DNA of 64,000 nucleotides from Octopus bimaculoides (GCF_001194135.2 NC_068981.1:22410472-22474471); one strand, 5' to 3'. Shown: positions 12,491-25,600, numbered from the stretch's first letter. Notes: generated by a model not told the origin, from the sequence alone. Numbers and translations: made by a program.

Positions 12491-12803
12491 CTTGTGTCCC
12501 AATGTTGTTATCATTAATAACATGTCATTCACAGAGAAATAAACTAACAACATTTCGCACGGCATAAGCTTCACTGTTCGCTCTTCCTCATTCAGCCACC
12601 AACGAATTCGATGCTGCAGGTTTTATCTCGTTTGTTTTCACGATTGATTACTTGCTTCAATGTCTGTTCTAATGCGATCAGTAATCTCCAAACCCCACAA
12701 AACCTATTTTTTAGTTTTTATTTCTTTTGTTAGCAAATTATTTGAACATTAATTCTTCAACTCAGCTCTAACCAGCATATTATATGTTTGCTGGGCGAGC
12801 TAT

Positions 12804-13183
12804 TTGTTGTTGTTGTTGGCACTCCGTCGCTTACGACGTCGAGGGTTCCAGTTGATCCGATCAACGGAACAGCCTGCTCGTGAAATTAACGTGCAAGTGG
12901 CTGAGCACTCCACAGACACGTGTACCCCTAACGTAGTTCTCTGGGATATTCAGTGTGACAAGGCTGACCCTTTGAAATACAGGCACAACAGAAAAAGGAA
13001 GTAAGAGTGAGAGAAAATTGTGGTGAAAGAGTACAGCAGGGTTCGTCACCATCCCCTGCCGGAGCCTCGTGGAGCTTTAGGTGTTTTCGCTCAATAAACA
13101 CTCACAACGCCCGGTCTGGTAATCGAAATCGCGATCCTATGACCGCGAGTCCGCTTCCCTAACCACTGGGCCATTGCGCCTCC
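12804..13183 (-). mobile_element. SINE family C, full length
   Basis: 14-bp TSD GCTGGGCGAGCTAT at 12790-12803 and 13184-13197. Confidence 0.92.
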
Positions 13184-13254
13184 GCTGGGCGAGCTATAAA
13201 TGCTATTGAAACCGCAATCTGTTGAACGTAAAGCAAAATACGATAGAAATATAG

Positions 13255-14390
13255 TAGTTTCAAATGTTGGCACAAGGCCAGCAATATTGGGGGAAAGGAT
13301 AAGTCAATTACATCGATTCCAGTGCATATCTGGTACCTATTTCATCGACCCCGAAAGGATGAATCGCAAAGTAGATCTTGGTGGAATTTGAACTCAGAAA
13401 GCAAAGACGGACGAAATGCCGCTAAACATTTTGCCAGGCGTGTTAATGATTCTGCCAGTTCGCAGTCTTACAGCAGAAATACATTCGCACACGACCAGGA
13501 ACAGAATTTCTTTTCTGATATTTGTGACTGTAAAAGTTATTATCGTTAAATATATTTATTCTTTAATTCTTTCAATGGTTCAGTCGTAGGACTACGGACA
13601 TGCTGGAGCACCACCTTAATTAATTTTCATTCAATTTTGTTGTTGCTTTTATGGCTGGAATTTGGTTTATGACTAAGTTTGTAGCAACTGATCTTCCATG
13701 AGTGTATCTTTGAATAGTTGGCTGGTCCGTGATCATTGTTCGGAGATTATTCAATATTTCAGCAGAGCCTCCTTTTATATTTCTGATGCCAAGAATTTTG
13801 GAGAAATGTATTTGATTGTATCGACCTAAGAATTTGACTAGTATTTTATGGTCATGGTTAGAACGTCTTCGATAGTAAGCCTGTTTTATTGTTTGATGAA
13901 AGTTGACTTCAATGTCGTAACTGGAGTGTGTGCAGCCTGGGACTGTTGCTGAGTTTGCCTCCCCACCTCAATAATATAGCCGACACAAGCTTATACAGCT
14001 GATCCAAAAGTATTCTCCCCATAAAAGCTTAGCTAGGAACCGGACTACAAAGGATGAAAGGTAAAGTCGACCTTGGCGACATTTGAACTCAGAACGTAAA
14101 GCTATAACGAAATGCCACTAAGCATTTTCTCCGTCAGGCTAAAGATTCTGCTAGCTCGTCACCTTAATAATGGTTTCAAATTTTGGTACAAAGCCAGTCA
14201 TTTCAGGGGGAGGGCGACTAGTCGATTACATCGACCCTCAATGCTCAACTGATACTTACTTTATCGATCCCGAAAGGTTGAAAGGCAAAGTCGACCTCAG
14301 CTGTATTTGAATTCAGAATGTGAAGACGAACGAATTGCCGCTAAGCATATTGTGAGGCGTGCCAACAATTCTGCCAGATCGCCGCCTTAA
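13255..14390 (-). mobile_element. cluster of SINE A copies (13255-13465, 14050-14165, 14175-14390)
   Basis: Repeated family A motifs. Confidence 0.8.
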
Positions 14391-15012
14391 TAATAACGAC
14401 AGTAATTTCGGGTCTTACTCAGCAGTTATTTAACAATTTTGACAGAATCAACTGAACTTCAAGCTCACAACTGATAATGTTGCTTAAGAGGTCGACCATA
14501 TCAGATAATGAATTTTCCCTTCAGTATTCAGTAACATCACGGGGCTTCCTAATCTTACTTTATCTGACTTAAAAAGAAAAGAAAGACAAGCACAAAACAA
14601 ATCGAAAGATTTTTTTCTTCAGTTGGGAACGATTTTTTTAAAATTCGAAATGAAAAAGTAATTTACTTTACATATTTTGATATACTAAAATGCTTTTTGT
14701 ATTAATAGTTTCGGTCCATTCATTAAGAATTTCTGTAATAAAATAATTACGTCTGTCACACTACAATTCTGCTTTTAAAGATGATTTTATTTTTAATGTT
14801 TTCTACTTTACACAATGGCGGTGGATTGGCAGAATTGTAGAGTGTCGGAGATTTTTTTCTGCTTCGTTATGTTCTCAGTTCAAATCCCACTGAGATCAAC
14901 TTTGATCTTCATCCCTCCGGGTCGATTAAATGAACTACCCGTCAAGCACTGCGGTTAGTTTCTTTGAGACCTTTTTCCGATTTAAAAAAAATCAATATTT
15001 TATACGGCCTAA

Positions 15013-15249
15013 GGGTGGCGAGCTGGCAGAATCGCGTGTGTGTGTCCCGCCACGTTCTGAGTTCAAATTCCGCCGAGGTCGACTTTGCCTTTCATCCTTT
15101 CGGGGTTGATTAAATAAGTACCAGTTATACATTGGGTCGATATAATCGACTTAATCCGTTTGTCTGTCCTTGTTTGTCCCCTTTGTGTGTGGTCCCTAGT
15201 GGGCAATAAAGTAATAAGAAACGTTAGCATGCCGGGCGAACTGCTTAGC
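15013..15249 (+). mobile_element. type-2 SINE A followed by the head of another SINE A copy
   Basis: GGTGGCGAGCTGGCAG ... GAGTTCAAATTCCGCC ... GGGCAATAAAGTAATA|AGAAACGTTAGCATGCCGGGCGAACTGCTTAGC. Confidence 0.85.
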
Positions 15250-16895
15250 TGTGAAGTTAATACGAGAGTTTATGTTGAACTGTTTATTGAATTGTTGCCA
15301 TTGTCGATTGGATTGTTGTTTAATTGTTGCCGTTGTTGATTCGTTAATCGTTGTTTTGTTTTCCATTGTGGGAAAATGGAGAAGGCGCCGGAGGCAGGCC
15401 CCCAGTTATGCGGCCGCAACGAGCAGAGGAGTAGACGTGCAAGAGTTAGAGGTCCGAGAAATAAAAGTGGCGCCCAGAAAGATGAAGAAGAGTGAAAACT
15501 TAATCACTAAGGAAGGTAACATACTGAAGCTAACGCCATCGGAAGAGTTATCGGCCAACCATGAAGACAGCCACGAAGAAAATAGAGATTGCAGCGATAG
15601 AAGCCATAGAAGAATGTATTAAGGAATTGAAAAGAGTTACAACATACGTTACGAGAGGGAGGAGATACACTATTGTGGAGGTGCGCTTCACAACGAAGGA
15701 GGAAGCAATAATGCACTCCACAGAGGCAATAAGGTCAGAAGAATGGGTGCTCTTGCCTTCGTACTGCGGCAAACGTGTGGCCAAGGTGCGTGTGGGTAGC
15801 GTGCCACCCGAATTAAAGGAAGAATGGCTGATGACAGTCATAACGTATAATATGAAAGACGGGAGGATTCTGAAGGCTACAAGGACCCTACAAGGTGAAC
15901 TACTGGGGATATGGTATCGAATTAACGATTCAGGCAACAACGGAGGACTTGAACAGTGTGGTGGAAGAGATCGTGCTGCTAGAAGATGTGAAGCTGAGAG
16001 TTATTGTGGAGGGTAGGCCGCCAGTATGTTTCACATGTGGAGAAAGGGGCCACATGAAGGCATGGTGCACCCAAAGAAAGCAACAAACAGAACAGGAGAG
16101 ACATTAGTGTGAACCGAGTAGTACAAGACAAGGTAACAGAAAAAGAAACGGAGAAGGGATTCACTATAGTTAAAAAGAAAAGGAGGAGGAATGAGTTCTC
16201 CGCCAGAGAAGCAGGAAAAGAAGAGAGAAGAGGTGAGGAAAGAAACTGTGAAGGAGGGCAGTAGGCAGGAAAAAGAAAGTAAAAAGAAAGTGGAGTTACC
16301 AGTGGAGAAAGTGTCGGAAACCCAACTGTATGAAGAGAGGCTATTTATGTAGGAAGAAAAAAGAGAACCAAAAGTCCAAGAGAAAGGGAAGAAGGAGGAG
16401 GAGAAGGAGTATGGCATTATGTGACGTACCCCAAAACTGTTGAAACAGAGAAAAAGATGATCAAGTTTCATTCAATAGTAAGAGTGAAGGTGCCTTCATA
16501 CGTCTACGCGGAGGATATGAAGGCAATATTGATAGAATTGGAAAACTACAGAAAGTTGAAAGAGATATGTGGGGATAATGTTGACCCTCCAGGAGTGGAG
16601 GTGGAATTTAAAGAGTTGCCACCAGTGGTGGATTTAAGAGATATCGAACCACTAATGTAGTTCAACTAAAGACAAGTATGAAATTAAAGGGAAAAAAGAA
16701 CAATTGTAAATAGTACATATAACGGTTCAAATGATACTGCATGAGAATGGGGTCCATGCGTCCGTTTTAATTTTTTCATTTTATATAACTTTCATTTCAT
16801 TTACATTCATTTTATGTTTTTGTCCCCACTGTGGTCTTGTCCGTCCTTGTGGTGTCCCTATCTATATTTAGAGCCTTATGCCTAATAAAGAAATC
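15250..16895 (+). mobile_element. Tx1/L1-type non-LTR element carrying only a degraded ORF1 (gag-like, CCHC knuckle) and a 3'UTR
   Basis: SYAAA motif, RRM-like VEVRFTTKEEA...VAKVRVGSVPPEL, knuckle CFTCGERGHMKAWC at 16027-16068, charged tail; no EN/RT; ends AATAAAGAAATC; it splits a SINE A at TGCTTAGC|G(G/A)TATTTCG. Confidence 0.75.
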
Positions 16896-17235
16896 GATAT
16901 TTCGTCTACCGTTACGTTCTGAGTTAAAATTTCGCCAAGGTCGACTTTGCCTTTCATCTTTTCGGGTCGATAAATTAAGTACCAGTTACGCACTGTGGTC
17001 GATGTAATCGACTTAATCCCTTTGTCTGTCCTTGTTTGTCCCCTCTATGTTTAGCCCCTTGTGGGCAATAACGAAATAAGAATCGTTAGCACGCCGGGCA
17101 AAATGCTTAGCGCTATTTCGTCCGTCTTTCAAACTCTGCCGAGGTCGACTTTGCCTTTCATCCTTTTCGAGTTGCTAAAATAAGTACCAGTTGAATACAG
17201 GGATCGATATAATCGACTTACCTCTTCCCCTAGTG
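16896..17235 (+). mobile_element. remainder of the interrupted type-2 SINE A (to 17078) plus a type-1 SINE A starting at AGAATCGTTAGC
   Basis: Sequence resumes the SINE A consensus exactly where it stopped at 15249. Confidence 0.85.
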
Positions 17236-17625
17236 CAAAAAATTCAAACCAATATTTTATACGGCCTTTTACCTTAGCGGCCCGAGTTCGATTCTCGGCA
17301 TGGAAACGCTACAATTTTAGGCGCAGACATGGCATGACATGGCTGTGATTAATCACTTGATTTCTGGTTTAGTTCCACTACACTGCACTTTGGGCGTATA
17401 CATTTTGCTCTATCCCCGGGCTGATTAAGGCCTTGCGAGTGAATTTCATTGACGTAAACTTTGGAAGCTCGTCGTGTGTGTGTGTCCGTCTTACCGCTTG
17501 ACATCCTATGTTGGGTTGTTTGCATCCCCGTAACTCAGCGGTTTAGCAAAAGTCACTGATAAAATAAGCACAAGATTTCAAAAAGAAATAAGCACTAGGG
17601 TTGATACATTCTACATTATTCTTTT

Positions 17626-17855
17626 AGGATCTTTTTTAAAACGGGGGCCACATTTTTCATTAACGAAACACTTTGGATTGGTTGAAATTATCGAAATAAG
17701 ACAATTTTTTACATGAAATAAATTCGAATACAAAAATATTTTTCTGTTCTATAACACAAAATAGATAAGTATACGAAATTTGAAAGTCTTTCGGTACCAA
17801 AAACACTATGTAAAACATTAATGAAAAATGTGGCCCCCGTTTTAAAAAAGATCCT
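17626..17855. mobile_element. MITE with 38-bp TIRs
   Basis: AGGATCTTTTTTAAAACGGGGGCCACATTTTTCATTAA and its reverse complement at 17818-17855. Confidence 0.85.
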
Positions 17856-19207
17856 TCTTTTATTCGTTTATCCGTTTCAGCCCTAAAGCTATGCCCATGC
17901 TGGAGCGCCAAAATTTGAAAAAAAAAAGTGTCTTTTTGTTTTTAGGCGGTAAGTTACGATTTGATGGCAGTTTAGCTGCTATTTCTAATGTGTAGGGCGT
18001 CTCTGAAGAGGCTCAATAATTGGCTCAAGTCTTTATTTCCACAACTGTGTCATAAAGACGATGTTAACCTTGTTAGCTCACTCTTCTATGATTATTTAAC
18101 CATCAGCGTTTGGTTCTCTTTTATTATCCAGTTCATTTTAATAGACATTTCGTCGTCTGCGTGTTTGTCTGTCTATCTCACTGTCTCTACCCCTCTCTCT
18201 CCCTTTTCTCTCTCAAATTCCCCTCTCTCTCCCTTTTCTCTATCAAATTCCCCTCTCTCTCCAACACATTCTGACCGCCTTTTATTATTATTTTTTATTA
18301 TTTTGCTTTGTTCTTCGTCGGTAATAAAATCCGGTGTTTGTAAGCTTATGTCAGTGTGAACATAAAAATGGAAAGCAAAAAAAAAAATCCGTTATTTTCA
18401 ATCAAACGCAAAAGTGTGTTTGCGAATGCCGGGAGAAACGAGACTTCGGAAACTGAAGATAACTTTGAAAGTTACCAGGCCGATTCCACCACCACCACCA
18501 TTAGCATCACTATAACCATCAGCCAACCTGAACTTTCACCCCTCCCCTACTATGTACAACTTGGGGGAGTCTGTAGTGCTCTAATTACTCCGACGTTTAC
18601 CATCAGTCTCTCTCTGTCTTTCTGTCGCCCTTCTCTCCCCTTCTCTCTCACACACATACTCACATACACAAACACACACACATCTATGTATTATACATGT
18701 ATATATATACACACACACCTCTGTTTTGTAGTGCTATGTTAGCTTACTCGGCATGTTAAACTGCTGAAGAAAAAAAACAAAACAAACAAACTAGAAAAGC
18801 AGCACGTACCCCACCTACCACACTCCCAACACATATAACTCCAATAAAGTAAAAACAAAACAACAAACCAAACAAACAAACCAACAACAAGAAAACACAT
18901 CAGTTACAGTCGTCCTTTCTGTTTCTGTGGCTTCAGGCTCCTAATTCTAAAAGCGAGATACCCTGATACCCTTATTTCACTCATATATAACATGACTTCT
19001 GTTCAGGTGCTGCACGTCAGCAACGACTTGCTCGGCCAAAACTAAGTTACACTGGGGATATTTAATTACAAAAACAAAAGGATAAAAAAGAGAAGAAAAA
19101 AAAAGACTGTGTGTGACGCCTGGATTTGATCTTACAATCATCTTATATATTGTTTACGTTTGATAAAATTAAATTTTCTTTTATATTGCCTTCGATAATT
19201 ATGCCAG

Positions 19208-19246
19208 GTTGGAAACCAAACTGTTTCCGGACTTCTATAAACGAAG
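19208..19246 (+). CDS. candidate 39-nt exon
   Basis: CCAG| ... AAG|GTAAGT perfect donor; two open frames (RLETKLFPDFYKR or WKPNCFRTSINE). Confidence 0.25.
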
Positions 19247-20102
19247 GTAAGTCAATTTACATTTTCTAAACGCAGAATATTAAATAATATATACATACAT
19301 ACGTACACACACGTCTATCTATCTATCTAAATATTCTATATACATGATGCACACATACATATATGAATATCAGGTTATTGAATGCACACACATATATACA
19401 TGCATGATGCTTATTAAGTTTTTAAGCGCAATAATGCTCGAACTGTGAAATAAACTTTCAGCCCTTGAGTCACTTTCGTAACTTTCTACTGATTAAAAAT
19501 AATAAAAATATATTAACTCATGTATTGAATCCTATTTTTTCCTGTTCTTCAACACCCCCCCCATTCACACGAAGTATATGTGTGTGTATGTTGTGTGTGT
19601 GTGTGTGTTTGTACATATATCAGCTCGAATTTGGCTGATGTCGACTTGATCTTTCATCTGTCAATAAAAACTAATAAAATACTGTGATTGATCTAATTGA
19701 CAAAATCAGTTCGTTATTGATCTGACAAAGCCAGTCCCCCCTTCTCCCCGCCTACCAAATTTGGCAGCTTGGGCCAACACTACAAATCAATATGTACCAA
19801 TGGAAGTTAGCAGAATTTTGCTTGTTACCTTCGATGTAATCAATATGTATATTCATATTTGAAATATATATTTATATATAAACACTGAAATACATTTATT
19901 TATGCACACTTGGAGATGTTTGAGTATGTATGTATGTACGTACGTATGTATGTATGTATGTATGTATGTATGTATGTATCTACGTGTTTATATGTGTATA
20001 TGTGTGCGTATATATGTGTGTACATACGTATATTCATTTATACATACAANNNNNNNNNNACATATACAACAGTAAATGAATGTGTATATATGTGTATGTA
20101 TA

Positions 20103-20157
<55 letters not shown>

Positions 20158-20574
20158 CCGTATGAAAGTATATCGATATCTATCTATCTGTCTATCTATC
20201 TATCTACATAAATATATGGATGTATATACATATAAACATACACACAGACATATATACATGTACATACCAACATAAATATAGTTACAAACATGCTAGCAAA
20301 ATAAGTGTAAACGTATAAATACATACAAACATAAATGAGTCTGTGTCTGTATATAGCATTTCTGTAAGTGCATATTATTTATATGTTTGGTGCAATATAT
20401 GTATATGCAAGTTTGTGTGTGTTGAGTTGCGTAGAACATAAAGCTATATACAATTTCACAGCTTCGTAACGGGACCCGGCACACTTATTGTATTGCTACA
20501 CCGCATGGTTGAAATACTTATTTATATACTGCAAACCTTCTATAACATGTATATATCTATGTACACCACGCTTA

Positions 20575-20765
20575 TACATACATACATACATACATATAAA
20601 TATATGCTCACATACATACATACATATAAATATATGCTCACATACATACATACATAAAAATATATATATATGCTCACATACATACATATAAATACATATA
20701 TGCTCACATACATAGAAATACATTTATGCTCACATACATATAAATATATATATGCTCACATACAT
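20575..20765. repeat. about 30-bp minisatellite (ACATACATACATACATATAAATATATGCTC-like)
   Basis: About six degenerate units anchored on ATATGCTCACATAC. Confidence 0.85.
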
Positions 20766-21559
20766 TAGCATATATACACACACATATATTCAATACGTAT
20801 GCGCACACACATATACATGCATATATATGTGTATATGTATTTATGCTTGTAGACTCCCTATATTTGTACTTGCGCACTTAGATATTTTATTTATGCATAC
20901 GTACAAAGATGTAAACATATACCAATGCTTGTGTATTTGTTATGATTGTAAAATAAGTCATTCGGTATATCTTTGGATATACATATACACGTGTGCGCAT
21001 ACATACAGGCACCCGCAAACACACACGTATACATACGCTCACAGACAGACACAAGCACACGCACTAACACACAGACACACACATGCACACGCATGATCAC
21101 AGACGCAAATTTACTTATTAATTTCATTTACGTCGCTCCATTCGTCATCATATCTCATGACTGAATGTTGTGCAAATAAATAGGCAGTATATATATATGC
21201 AGCTATATATGTATAGCTAAACACCGCAGTATTTACGTTTGTTCTCTTCTATTTATAATTATTTGAAGTCTTCCTGTAAAGAAGGAACTGATATAAAACT
21301 TCATCACTAGAATGTAGGTAACAAAAACGATGTCACGTTGAACTTCAGAAAAGGCTCGCATATTTTTACTGTTCCGCTTACAGATTGCATTTATAATGTA
21401 CGTGTTAGCTGGTTGGTTTCTTTATCTGACAACCCCAGATTATCCGGATTGTGACTTTGGTCTCTACGAGCAAACCCATGTGAACCAATTACTATTGGTA
21501 TAAATGTGAGTTTATAATCTGGGAATAAATAGAAGCTGAAGGTTTCGAAGCTGTTATCC

Positions 21560-21873
21560 TTAGTTATACTCCTTCTCTTTGATTTTCGAAGAGATAATCA
21601 CATCATCGGGGCAGCTGACCTCTATGGATGGACGGACAGACGAATGGACAGGCGAACGGGTGGATGGACGTATTATAGTGTAACAACGTATGTTGAGGAG
21701 CTTTATAATCAAAGCCGTTCTCGCCGGAAACATCCCTCTTGTTGTCAGAGGAAAGTAAATCGATTGGGCTTTGGGCGGAAAAACAGGACTTAAAGTAGTG
21801 ATTATTGTAGTAGCGGTAGAATAAAGAGAGGATGAATGCGACATGTCTTTATACTCCTGATTATTGTATCTTG
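21560..21873 (-). CDS. candidate exon (RYNNQEYKDMSHSSSLYST...)
   Basis: Acceptor CTTCTATTCAG|; phase-compatible with the 22363-22536 exon; the C-terminal part runs into a repeat. Confidence 0.2.
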
Positions 21874-22119
21874 CTGAATAGAAGTTTTGCTAACCAATCA
21901 CATAGCTTTTTAACGTAGTATGTGCATGCGCGCTGTGTTGGTAGTTTGTAAGTAATATTCGTGCTTTGTAAAAGATCCACAAATGTTCAGTGAGAGATGA
22001 AATACATTGTGGCTTTGAAGATACAGTTTTTTTTCTTATGGTACAAATGTATTTTCGTCATGAAAGGTCATCAGAGATTGTTAAAGCTTATAAAATTTTA
22101 GCTGTATAAAAATGACTAT

Positions 22120-22334
22120 GTAAAGATTGTTTACCAACATAACATGGCAGTCCTGGTTTAGGACTAATGCTGCTGTAATTTAGGCCCAGGAGGCGTAATG
22201 TTGCTGTAATTTAGCCCCAGGAGGCGTAATGTTGCTGTAATTTAGCCCCAGGAGACGATGTCTTCTCGGGCTAAATTATAGCAACATTAGTCCTAAACCA
22301 GGACTTCCATGTTATGTTGGCAAACAATCTTTAC
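22120..22334. mobile_element. foldback/MITE with about 70-bp inverted arms and three internal 31-bp tandem units
   Basis: Arms GTAAAGATTGTTTACCAACATAACATGG... and their reverse complement; units TAATGTTGCTGTAATTTAGCCCCAGGAGGCG at 22165, 22196 and 22227. Confidence 0.85.
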
Positions 22335-22362
22335 TACAGTGTATTGTTGCTGAATATCTCAC

Positions 22363-22536
22363 GCTGTGAGTTCAAAAGATAGTAATTTTCTAAAAAACGA
22401 CTATGGTCTTCATTGTTTTTTCTTTTCTGCTTGTTGAATCGTGAAGCAGCAGCATTGCCAGTGAACTTTGTTAGCTCTCCGAGGCCAGTGAACATGGTGC
22501 CCTTGATGTTCCGTTCAAACTGTTGTAGATCAACAC
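22363..22536 (-). CDS. candidate 174-nt exon (GVDLQQFERNIKGTMFTGLGELTKFTGNAAASRFNKQKRK...)
   Basis: Very strong acceptor TTCCTCTTGTCTTTTTCTGCAG|, donor AGC|GTGAGA, open in phase 1; product not recognised. Confidence 0.4.
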
Positions 22537-22799
22537 CTGCAGAAAAAGACAAGAGGAAATTCCTGATAGTCGATACTCTAAGAGGGAAGGACTGGCCATT
22601 GTGTACCGGGCCGGGATGGATACAACAAGGGTGACGAGAGATGAAGAGACAAATGTATCGGAAATGCTTGATTGGAAGAAATACGAGATTAACCAGTTCC
22701 GAGGAACATAGATCATTATAGTGTAGCAGAAGTATGTTTATCATTCGGCCGTTTAGCCTTCGATACCCTGATATTGGCTCATACGCATGTTTTCTGTAA

Positions 22800-22915
22800 G
22801 TGGTCACATGATCTGGCCACGTGATGGTGCATATATCGATCGAGTCCTGTTTTTACGCGGGCTATCCAATCCCATCACGTAACAGACCAGCGTAGCGCGG
22901 GAAAATTATGTCTGT
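22800..22915. promoter_or_regulatory. motif cluster (E-boxes CACATG and CACGTG, TATCGAT DRE-like, GCGCGGGAAA E2F-like)
   Basis: Motifs read directly in CpG-rich unique sequence; function is inferred. Confidence 0.25.
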
Positions 22916-23025
22916 TCGCTGGAGCCCCTAATCAGCTTTAAAAAAAGGAATCTTTCCCGTTTTCTCCAGTGTGGTGGGAAGACACGGTCGAGTTCGGATC
23001 TCCGCAGAGAGGAGAGTTATCTTAC

Positions 23026-23084
23026 AGAGAGCCTTGACACGTTGTTGTGTTCTGTTTGCTCAAGCACACATTACCAACTTCCAA
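23026..23084 (-). other. candidate 59-nt exon (UTR or coding)
   Basis: Acceptor TATTCGTTTCTCATGCAG|, donor TCT|GTAAGA. Confidence 0.3.
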
Positions 23085-23178
23085 CTGCATGAGAAACGAA
23101 TATGTATATTTTCTTCTGACGATATCATTCAAGGTATACCAACGTTTGCTGTACCGATTCATTTAGCGGTTGAATAAA

Positions 23179-23562
23179 TTGTTGTTGGCACTCCGTTGCT
23201 TACGACGTCGGGGGTTCCAGTTGATCCGATCAACGGAACAGCCTGCTCGTGAAATTAACGTGCAAGTGGCTGAGCACTCCACAGACACGTGAACCCTTAA
23301 CGTAGTTCTCGGGAAGATTCAGCGTGACACAGTGTGACAAGGCTGGCCCTTTGAAATACAGGCACAACAGAAACAAGAAGAAAGAGTGAGAGAAAGTTGT
23401 GGTGAAAGAGTACAACCTGGTTCGCCACTATCCCCTGCCGGAGCCTCGTGGAGCTTTAGGTGTTTTCGCTCAATAAACACTCACAACGCCCGGTCTGGGA
23501 ATCGAAACCGCGATCCTATGACCGCGAGTTCGCTACCCTAACCACTAGGCCATTGCGCCTCT
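23179..23562 (-). mobile_element. SINE family C, full length
   Basis: Family consensus; CGGTTGAA flanks both ends. Confidence 0.9.
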
Positions 23563-24839
23563 ACCGGTTGAACNNNNNNNNNNNNNNNNNNNNNNNNNNN
23601 NNNNNNNNNNNNNNNNNNNNNNNNNNNNNNNNNNNNNNNNNNNNNNNNNNNNNNNNNNNNNNNNNNNNNNNNNNNNNNNNNNNNNNNATACCTGACTCAT
23701 TTGAAACCATGAAATTGTAATTTTACCAGGACCAGAACTTCACGCTACTCAACCACCTAAAAAAGGTATCAGTAGAAAAGTCAGAGAGAGGAGACAATAC
23801 ACATGTGGGTCAAAGGCTGGGATGTGTCTGTGAGTGATTTAAATACCAATAAATCGAGTTGCCCTTCTCTGGGTACTAATTATAGCTGGTCAAGCGGCCG
23901 CAAAAGAGACCCTTTTATTGAGTATAACAGACAAGCCAATAATTGTTCTACTGTCTTGTATCACCACCAGGGAGAGTAGGGATCCTCAGCTACCGGACTG
24001 GGGATTATTTAATGGCGGGCGGCATAGCAAGAATAAATTTTTAAAATTTATTTCTATGTTATTGACTATCGCACTCTGTAAGGTGTTTCTGTATTATACA
24101 TGTTTTATATATATAATATATATGTATCATATAAGTAATAATTAAATTACATATTGTGCATTCTATTGTTTTGTTATGCATTTATTTCCTCTGGTCCGTG
24201 GTAAAATTGTCTTGATTGAAACCGGTCCAATAACAACAAAGCACAAAGACTTTTTGTGGTCACTCTTTCTGGTAGAAGTCGCCAAATCTCCCTAAAACAC
24301 TTGTTATGAAAGAATGCGTTCGATTATGTAGCCCTAATTATCCCTTAAGCAAAACAGAATGGTTTTGCCTAAATGCTCTTGACCATAGTTTGATCAAGGC
24401 TAACAACGACGACAACAACGCTACGAGTCAGCGAGGAAGCCTCTACGTGATCACTCGATCTGCTAGAAATAGCCATGAAATCTTCAAATTACATCATACC
24501 GTCTTATAAGAAGAATATAGAAAGGACACTAGATAATGTAGCTCTGCAAATCCTTAAAAACGACAGGAGAGTCACGGCTGAAACGTCTTTGAATATAGAT
24601 CTTCTCAATCAGAGTTTACATCAGGTACAACAACTTCGGTATTAACCATTTTACCGAATAAAACCTCGCTGTGGAAGCAATGGTTTCACCTTACCTATTA
24701 TCTCTTATTTGTTTACACAGTATTTTAGAAATACACATAAGAAACTATATATATATAGTCAGAAACGTGAAGAAAAATGAAAGAAAAATAGAATAAATTT
24801 ACTTTGGAACATTAGATTTTTTTCTTCGGTTCATTTTAC

Positions 24840-25600
24840 CTTTTGTTCGGGGAACATTATTTCTTCTGCTGTAATTACTCAATTCTCTTATAAATCTTTA
24901 CAAAATAAAATACGACAGTGTGACGTGACGAGAATAAATATTCACAATAAAAAACACATTAACTCATTGAACTGCTCTTTTTTAATCCAATGCAGGTCAC
25001 CAGTAGTTTTGCATGGACTCCATGGTTGTCGCCGTTGTGGTTGTTATTTTAGTAATCTTTCTTGGAATATATTTTTGATCTTAAAAGACACCGCTGTTGG
25101 GATCTGAGCCAGCTTTGTTGACTGTATACACATCGGATGTTAGAACGAAGAGAATTTATTCGTTTTTATTTTTCTCCTTTACGCTATCTTTCTGTCAAGA
25201 TTCTTTCCTTTTTTTTATATTATCTATCTCAGTCTTCTTTTTATTCTTATTGTTCTTATATTTTGGTTAGCTTTCGTCCCAATGTCAGATCAGATAAAAA
25301 TCTATAAGAAAAAAAGAAAGGGGAAAAAAGGGAATCCAGTAAAATGCTTTTTCAGTAGTCATCTATATTCACATGCCGTTTTCTAAGCGATAAGACTGTC
25401 CAGATTCGTGGGGGTTTTTTTGACGCAAAAGAAAAAAAAATCTTACTTCCACTACTACCACTCCACCAATTCCACCATCGCTTCCTCTTTGTTTACGTAC
25501 ATAACTGGCTTCGCTGCTGGGTGGTACGTTTTCTTTGCGAATAAATTCTACGACCCAGTTTCAATTTGCTATTGTAATAGCTTCATTTATCGCGTTAATG
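24840..25600 (-). other. candidate 5' exons of a minus-strand transcript
   Basis: Donor GAA|GTAAGA near 25445, acceptor CTTTCTTTTTTTCTTATAG| at 25302, Kozak ACCATGG at 25023 (MESMQNYW), ATG...AAG|GTAAAA at 24857-24840. Confidence 0.25.

Noticed and set aside
21756-21773. QSPIDL motif suggesting carbonic anhydrase
   Set aside because: Six-residue match only; no zinc-binding His motifs in frame.
22165-22257. 31-bp direct repeats as a CRISPR array (also the 16-bp repeats at 41217)
   Set aside because: Units are head-to-tail with no unique spacers; eukaryotic context; no cas genes.
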